From an uncultured Bacillota bacterium (lineage in GTDB: Bacteria > Bacillota > DTU025 > MWDF01), in NCBI GenBank assembly GCA_963823655.1, contig CAWGMK010000013.1, forward strand, positions 128,001-192,000: a stretch of DNA of 64,000 bases. Reading direction: 5' to 3'. Position 1 is the stretch's first letter. Every line of letters starts with the position of its first letter. Under the pieces are notes generated by a model that saw only the letters and a list, made by a program, of their open reading frames with translations, searched no databases and had not been told where the DNA came from. Both the position numbers and the translations under genes were made by a program. Below, one piece after another: positions 57,620-64,000 of the stretch.

Positions 57620-59731
57620 TGGCAGATATGAATTTCCGCGACCTCCTCTTCGAAATCGGAACTGAGGAGATACCAGCGAGGTTTATCCCCAAAGCCATAG
57701 AGGACCTCAAGGCTGCCGGAGCGAAATCCCTGGCAGATGCGAGGTTTGCCTATAAAGAGGTTAAAGTTTACGCTACGCCCAGAAGGCTGGCTATGCATGT
57801 TGAGGGCCTGTCGGAGTACCAGGGGGATCTGGACCGCAGGGTGAAGGGGCCTTCAGCGAAGGCTGCATTCGATGCGGAAGGCAAGACTACCAAGGCGGCA
57901 GAAGGGCTTTGCAAGGTCACAAGGCGTAGATCCCGCATCATTGCAGAGGATAACCGATGCGAACGGGGACTATGTCTATGCTTTCGTTCATGAAGCAGGC
58001 AAAAGGGTAAGCGATGTTATACCGGCGATATGCGACGGGATAATCCGCTCATTGGCATTCCCGAAGAACATGAGATGGGGATCATCCGATTTCAGGTTCG
58101 TAAGGCCAATCAGATGGATAGTTCTGATGTGGGGCGACGAGTCACTGCACCTTACCTTCGAGGGTATTAAGGCCGGAAAACTGAGCAGGGGGCACAGGAC
58201 AATGGGCCCATCAGGCCCTGTAAGCATAAAGAACGCAGAGAGCTATATTGATGCAATGAAGAGCGCAGGCGTTATCGTGGACCAGAAAGAACGCGAGTCG
58301 ATTACAAGGTCCAAGCTTGCGTCTGTTGCAGATGAGCTGGGCGGCACTGCCGTAATCGAGGAGGCGCTTCTAGAAGAGGTAGTCTACCTTGTAGAGTATC
58401 CGACTGCCTTTGCAGGAGGCTTTAACGAGAGGTATCTTGAACTTCCGGAAATATGCATAACGACGCCTATGCAGGGGCATCAGCGCTACTTCCCTGTGAA
58501 GCGGGGCGGAAAGCTGATGAACAGGTTCATTGCTGTAAGGAATGGCTCAGTGCCAGGGCTCGACAATGTCCGCCATGGGAATGAAAGGGTGCTGGCAGCA
58601 AGGCTTTCTGATGCGAGGTTCTTCTTTGAGGATGACATGAAGATCGGACTTGCTGCAAGGGCTGAGAACCTGTCAGGTTTATCATTAGCCGAAGGCCTGG
58701 GTTCTATGCTGGACAAATCGGAGAGGGTTACGAAGCTGGCAGTGAAAATCGCCGAGGCCGGGGACGTCGATGGAAAGCCTGATGCAAGGCAACTTGAACA
58801 TATCAGCGAAGCCGGTAAGCTGATGAAATGCGATCTTGCTACAAACATGGTCCGTGAGTTTACTGAACTGCAAGGCGAAGTCGGATCCATTTACGCAAGG
58901 CTTGAAGGTAGATCTGAGGAAGTCTCAAAAGCGATTGCTGAGCATTACATGCCTAAAGTGGCAGGTGGAGAGCTTCCTTCCTCTAGAATAGGGGCGGCAC
59001 TGGCTATGGCCGATAAGGCAGATAGCCTGGCGGGATACTTCGGTATCGGACAGGTGCCAACAGGTTCGGCAGATCCTTATGCCCTAAGAAGGAGCATGCT
59101 GGGGCTCCTCGCGATACATGAAACCAGAAGGCCCGCGATTGGCCTGATTGAAATGATGAGGGCTGCTCTTGAGGGCATCTGGTCAGATTCAATCCCTCGT
59201 CCGAAAGCCGAGATTATGAAGGACTTGGAGGAATTTGCCGCAGGAAGGCTAAGGGGCCTCCTACTTGAAGAAGGGCACAGATATGACCTCATTGATGCTG
59301 CTATGGCGCTTGGCATAAGCGATCCGGCAGTGATCAGGATCTCCCTGGGAGCTCTTGAAAGGGATGCAGATGAGGGTTGGATGCAGGAATTTGGTACAGC
59401 CTTCGTCAGGGTAAGAAACATAGCAAAGAGCGCGCATGACGGCACATTCGAAAGCTCAGCATTTACTGAGGACGCCGAAATTGCCCTAGAAAAAGAATAC
59501 GAGGATGCAAAGAAGGAGATAGGAAGATTACTGGAAAAAGGTGCCGACGTTAATTCTTACGCCAAGGCAATGAACAGGTTCGCGGCACTAAAACCGGCAA
59601 TTGATACATTCTTCGACGATATAATGGTCATGTGCGAAAATGAATACATACGGAAAAACAGATTGGGGCTTATCAAGTCGATAGAAATTCTGGCACTTAG
59701 AATGGCGGACTTTTCGAAAATAGTCCAATAA
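57619..59731 (+). CDS. glyS: glycine-tRNA ligase beta subunit (frameshift near 57905)
   Basis: LFEIGTEEIP, TPRRLA, FPKNMRWG, FVRPIRW, EFTELQG and GSADPYALRR motifs. Confidence 0.95.
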
Positions 59732-59752
59732 ACACAGTTAAATAAGGGAAAT

Positions 59753-59791
59753 GAGAAGCGGGGGCGATAAGGCCCCCGTTTTCGCTATTTT
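59753..59791 (+). terminator. intrinsic terminator after glyS
   Basis: CGGGGGC-gataag-GCCCCCG followed by TTTTC. Confidence 0.75.
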
Positions 59792-60073
59792 GTTAATATA
59801 TGTAAAAGCCAGCCAACTAACTAATCCGATAAAGTAAATATATCTTTGCAGGAGTTTAGCGAAATTAGAAGAAGATAATATCTAAGAAAATACGTAAGGG
59901 AAAGGCATCGCGGAAGGGATGCTGAATTTTGCGTATAGGCAGAGCGCATATATAGTGGCGTTTAGCAGCGAGATCATCCCAATAATAGAAAACCGAGAGG
60001 AGGGCTGCTTGGAAACCGAAATGGATTACTTTAGACAGCTAGTAGATACTCTTCAGAAAGGAGAGGGTAGAAC

Positions 60074-63000
60074 TTGAAAACAAAGTGGTTAAGATTATCT
60101 TTAGTCGTTAGCATTGTGCTTGCCATGGCATTCGCAGTTAGTGCCTCGCCAAGCCAACCTGGACTGCCTTTTACGATGGACGGGGACACTGGAGCAATTA
60201 CGTGGTATCCAGCAACAGCAGCTTTTCCGATTTATATACCACTGCCTCCACTGCCTCCTATTCCGGTCCCAAATTTCGTAGATTACTATTCTTGGCAGCT
60301 ATATTTGAATGGGGCGTTAGCCTCATTAACACAGAGGGCCAATACATCACTGCCGCCAGCGGCGACTTTCGATGGGACTATTTGGACTGACGACCTAGAC
60401 AATGGAATTGCGGGCACGGTCACTCCACTTGGCCCTGGGCATTATGACCTCGCTATCTACGCTGTAGATGTAGAGGATATGCCCACACCTAACTCGCTGA
60501 CACAGACCCAGCATTTCACCATTCTTCCTTTGACGCCTACCGTAGCGGCTGTGGAGGAAGTCTGGAATCCAGATGGCACATACCATATAACATGGAGCGT
60601 GCAGCCTGGAGTTGAGAGCGCCTATGTCGAATGGACAGTAAACGGTGTTCCATACAACAGCGGATGGATTGCAAACTCCGGCGCATATGATACTGGTGCG
60701 ATAGATCCATTGTATTTCTGGGATGCCAACAGCATTTCGGTAATTGTTAGAGATACCGAATCAATGCTGTCGAGCCTTCCAGGTACAACGACAATCAATG
60801 CAACCCCTTGGGCACCCGAAACAGTTACGCTTAATGTTACGGGGGCACCAGACTGGGTGATTAACTATTCATATGCAGCTCCGGGAGTAGACCCTGATTA
60901 CTTCGAATGGAGACTGTACGGATCATACTATGGCTATGCTATAGGATATATAACTCAGGGAATAGAAGACGGAGATAAGAACTTCGCTATTGACTTTAAT
61001 CCAGTTGATGACTCGACCTTGAGCAATATCTATGAAACGGAAAATGCCCATTATTGGACAATGACTGTACAAGCCTTTGCGCCCGATGATGGAGAAGCCG
61101 GAGGCTCAAATTCAGCCAGTCCTTACGGCATACCTTACGGGACTCCATCGATAGTGGCAAATGTAACCTTAGACCCGGATGCAAATCCGTGGGTATTTAC
61201 CGTTACCTATCATGACGATTATAACGATTATGCCTGGGGCATTAAAGGACCTACGGGTTACATCAATAATGTATGGCTACGCTTCATCTATGATGGAAGT
61301 ATCTTTACTGAAAATGAATTCCCTACTATGGTTCCTTTGGCAACGGGCGAGATACAGCTTACCGTAAACCCGGGAGCTGATTTATCGAATCCGAATTTCG
61401 TCAATAAATACAATGACTGGAGCGTTGAGGCGACTCCACGGGTATACTGCCCAACCACTGCCATGCATGAAATGGGAATGACGAGCATGGCCTTCGAGAC
61501 TGTATGCCCGCCGTTCGCTGCTCCGGCACCTGGTGCAACGTATTACGGCGCCTACCCGCCTGGAACGCAGGTACCTGAATATGTAGTAGGACCTTATCCG
61601 TCTGGCGGACCGGTACCTAATACATTTGAGCAGGGCGTAACTAGCGGATTGTCGCTTACGACTGCATGGCAGTTGCCTGCGAAACCGTTAACCTATTATG
61701 GGAACGACTTATACCTGCAATCGTTTGTTGAATACCAAGACTCAACAGCATTTGCAGGGCCATATTCGCTCTTCTCACAACATGATGTACCGTGGGATAA
61801 TGATACTCACTCCCGCGTATTCGGTACACCCCCAGCGTCAGTGACTTTCTATAAAGCGATAGTCAACATGCAGTACAACAACTTCGGAGATGCCTTGGGC
61901 GGAGGCTCGGGCTCATTTGAAGATGTATCGCCTGATGCTGAAATCGACAACTGGGAAGTCGATGACCTTAATCCAGATCCGGCAACCGCGAAGACGATGG
62001 TGGAAGAGCCGATTACTGAAGCATTCGGCAACCCATGGACTTTCACTTTCGTAGCGCCGCTGACGCCTGACTTCGACGAGTGGCAGGCTTTCCTCAGGGA
62101 GATGACATTTGGGCCGGCAATAACGGTATCGCCTTGGACCCTCTCATATCCTGGGGCGTTAGTCACTTGGACCGTGGATCAGGCGACTTTCGAATCCGAC
62201 ATCACACCGTTCCTGCCGTTCGGAGATCCTTTCGGCTGGTACAGGTTCGGTGTGCGCACCAGCGATAATACAGTGCCGTCAGATAACGACTTCATGGATG
62301 GCAACAATATGGATCCGCTGGTGTTCGAATACACTCTGTACGATGCCCTAGGCAAGATAACCGACCTAGACAAGCTTGCGGGCAGCGTCAGCATAGAGAT
62401 GCTTACTGCAGAGAGGGTAAGAGCAAGCTGGAGGGCCGTAGACCATAAGCCTTTCGGAGTGTTCCTCACCAACATACATTACAAAGCACAACTTCAGTAC
62501 TTAGACCCCAATCTCGGAGCATGGATAGCTGTCGATGAGACAGACTTCATCTATCCCTACACACCGGGTCCTGGAGTGCATCTAACAGACCCAGTAATGC
62601 ACGCTGAATTCTGCGCCGGAGACTATGATTATCCTGCAGGCGATTACAGAGTAAAGGTGTATTACGGCTATGAGATGCCTATGGGCGGCTGGTTGTATGA
62701 CGATGCCGGAAGCGCCATGAGCGATCAATTCGAAATTGAGTTCGAAGGATTCGCAATGGCGGCCCCGACTGCTGTCAATCCGGGCATGCTGACTGGTTTC
62801 TCATGGGTCAGCCCTGACTTAGACCTAGCTAATGAACCTCATATAATGGAATATCAGGTTGAGGTTTATGGGGCAAACGGGCTTGAACATGACGAAACAC
62901 TCTCAGGAGAGACTATGAACCTCGCATTTGATCCTGCTGCATGGTGGCCGCACGGTAACGTGTACTCCACCTATAGGGCAAGGGTAAGGGCTGTTGACAG

Positions 63001-64000
63001 CCTCGGCAGAACAGGAGATTGGAGCCCGCTTAGCGCAGAAGGCAACTTCCCACTACCTCTCATTAGTGCGTATTTGTTCGATGTGAGGCATGCTGATGGA
63101 AGTATTGCCAATCCGAGCACACCTATGACCGACAGGGAGCTGCGAGTGACATTCGGAAAATTCGATGTCGCTCCAGCAGGATTCATCAACTGGGATCCCA
63201 ATAAGGTAACATTCGATCTACAGGTTGATGTTTCGATCCCGCTGGAAAGGTGGTATTACGCTCTACTGCAGAACCAGTTCATAGAAGAAGGACACGTTGT
63301 ACCAGTAGGAGTAGAAGACTATGTAAAGGATTACATGTTCTACTTCAGACCGCTCTACGATGGTGTCCCGATGATGTCTGCATGGTCACAAAAGGGTCCG
63401 TTTACAATCGACCTTCAAGGACCAGCAGCACCTACAGGTCTTGGCGTAACAGTCAATCCTGTTACTGCAGGACCGACCTTTGATTGGGACTTCAACTGGA
63501 ATGACATGGCTACGGCAACTACCTATGATCTGACGATCAACAGGTTGTCTGCTGCAGGCGGAGCAGTTGATGCTACCCATATAGCGAAGGGCCTTACCGT
63601 ATCTGAGCTGCTGAACTTCAGTCCCGCGACTTACTTCAGCGACAGAGTATACGGCTTCTACAACTGCTCAGTAGTAGCATATGACTCGCTAGGCAACGCA
63701 AGCCTACCTGCAACGGCGACGTTCTCTCAAGGACTGCCGAGCCTTAACGTCAGCACAGTGACGGCAAGCTCAACGCAGATCTCATGGGCTACGTCAATCG
63801 AAAGGGTATCCTACGATGTCAAGCTAGTCGGAGACAACGGTCTCGAGTATGAGTGGGAGAATCTGACCACCTCGCCTCTGGCAATAAACCTCGCAACGCT
63901 ATTCGCAGGCCAAAATGTTTACACTAAGTGGGTAGCGTATGTAAGGGCTTATGACAGGGACGGAAATGTCGGAGACTGGTACTCCGGCACGTTCACACTC
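60074..64000 (+). CDS. very large secreted protein with fibronectin type III/Ig-like repeats (partial; runs off the window)
   Basis: Hand translation from TTG 60074 (GGAGAGGG RBS) gives 1309 codons with no stop. Signal peptide MKTKWLRLSLVVSIVLAMAFAVSA; repeated Y/W-x-x-x-V-x-A-x-D-x-x-G motifs. Confidence 0.88.
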   Translation, partial: MKTKWLRLSLVVSIVLAMAFAVSASPSQPGLPFTMDGDTGAITWYPATAAFPIYIPLPPLPPIPVPNFVDYYSWQLYLNGALASLTQRANTSLPPAATFDGTIWTDDLDNGIAGTVTPLGPGHYDLAIYAVDVEDMPTPNSLTQTQHFTILPLTPTVAAVEEVWNPDGTYHITWSVQPGVESAYVEWTVNGVPYNSGWIANSGAYDTGAIDPLYFWDANSISVIVRDTESMLSSLPGTTTINATPWAPETVTLNVTGAPDWVINYSYAAPGVDPDYFEWRLYGSYYGYAIGYITQGIEDGDKNFAIDFNPVDDSTLSNIYETENAHYWTMTVQAFAPDDGEAGGSNSASPYGIPYGTPSIVANVTLDPDANPWVFTVTYHDDYNDYAWGIKGPTGYINNVWLRFIYDGSIFTENEFPTMVPLATGEIQLTVNPGADLSNPNFVNKYNDWSVEATPRVYCPTTAMHEMGMTSMAFETVCPPFAAPAPGATYYGAYPPGTQVPEYVVGPYPSGGPVPNTFEQGVTSGLSLTTAWQLPAKPLTYYGNDLYLQSFVEYQDSTAFAGPYSLFSQHDVPWDNDTHSRVFGTPPASVTFYKAIVNMQYNNFGDALGGGSGSFEDVSPDAEIDNWEVDDLNPDPATAKTMVEEPITEAFGNPWTFTFVAPLTPDFDEWQAFLREMTFGPAITVSPWTLSYPGALVTWTVDQATFESDITPFLPFGDPFGWYRFGVRTSDNTVPSDNDFMDGNNMDPLVFEYTLYDALGKITDLDKLAGSVSIEMLTAERVRASWRAVDHKPFGVFLTNIHYKAQLQYLDPNLGAWIAVDETDFIYPYTPGPGVHLTDPVMHAEFCAGDYDYPAGDYRVKVYYGYEMPMGGWLYDDAGSAMSDQFEIEFEGFAMAAPTAVNPGMLTGFSWVSPDLDLANEPHIMEYQVEVYGANGLEHDETLSGETMNLAFDPAAWWPHGNVYSTYRARVRAVDSLGRTGDWSPLSAEGNFPLPLISAYLFDVRHADGSIANPSTPMTDRELRVTFGKFDVAPAGFINWDPNKVTFDLQVDVSIPLERWYYALLQNQFIEEGHVVPVGVEDYVKDYMFYFRPLYDGVPMMSAWSQKGPFTIDLQGPAAPTGLGVTVNPVTAGPTFDWDFNWNDMATATTYDLTINRLSAAGGAVDATHIAKGLTVSELLNFSPATYFSDRVYGFYNCSVVAYDSLGNASLPATATFSQGLPSLNVSTVTASSTQISWATSIERVSYDVKLVGDNGLEYEWENLTTSPLAINLATLFAGQNVYTKWVAYVRAYDRDGNVGDWYSGTFTL

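Noticed and set aside
60074-64000. Stop-codon readthrough or a non-coding island to explain the empty ORF track
   Set aside because: Hand translation shows one fully open frame; the short ORFs listed there are off-frame artefacts.

Overview
This is a mostly housekeeping chromosomal segment from an anaerobic Bacillota-like bacterium, judged from T-box riboswitches, a CIRCE element, AddAB, MutS2, GlyQS and a four-subunit 2-oxoacid:ferredoxin oxidoreductase. Gene order: purA, oxidoreductase delta/alpha/beta/gamma, PLP aminotransferase, AMIN-domain amidase, rph, rdgB, tRNA-Pro, an accessory patch (Znu-type ABC transporter, CDGSH protein, patatin, lipoproteins), Phe T-box with pheST, arginase, TlpA, glnA, zapA-cvpA-mutS2-HAD, PBP1A, fba, a complete 16S-23S-5S operon, addBA-like genes, a lipoprotein, DUF362, groESL, a tandem LolA-fold protein, NUDIX-pyk, yebC-ruvCAB-queH-recO-FAH, Gly T-box with a SpoIIM-like gene and glyQS, and the first 1309 codons of a giant secreted FN3-like repeat protein that the ORF track misses. 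About ten conserved genes carry 1-nt frameshifts, several in homopolymers, which most likely are assembly errors. I found no CRISPR array, prophage, transposase or recognisable defence system, and I cannot claim a complete new system. The best leads are the giant surface protein with its structured leader, a three-member divergent lipoprotein family, the double LolA-fold protein opposite groESL, a shared SigH-like promoter motif, and a membrane protein placed under Gly T-box control. All calls are from reading motifs by eye; no database search was run.
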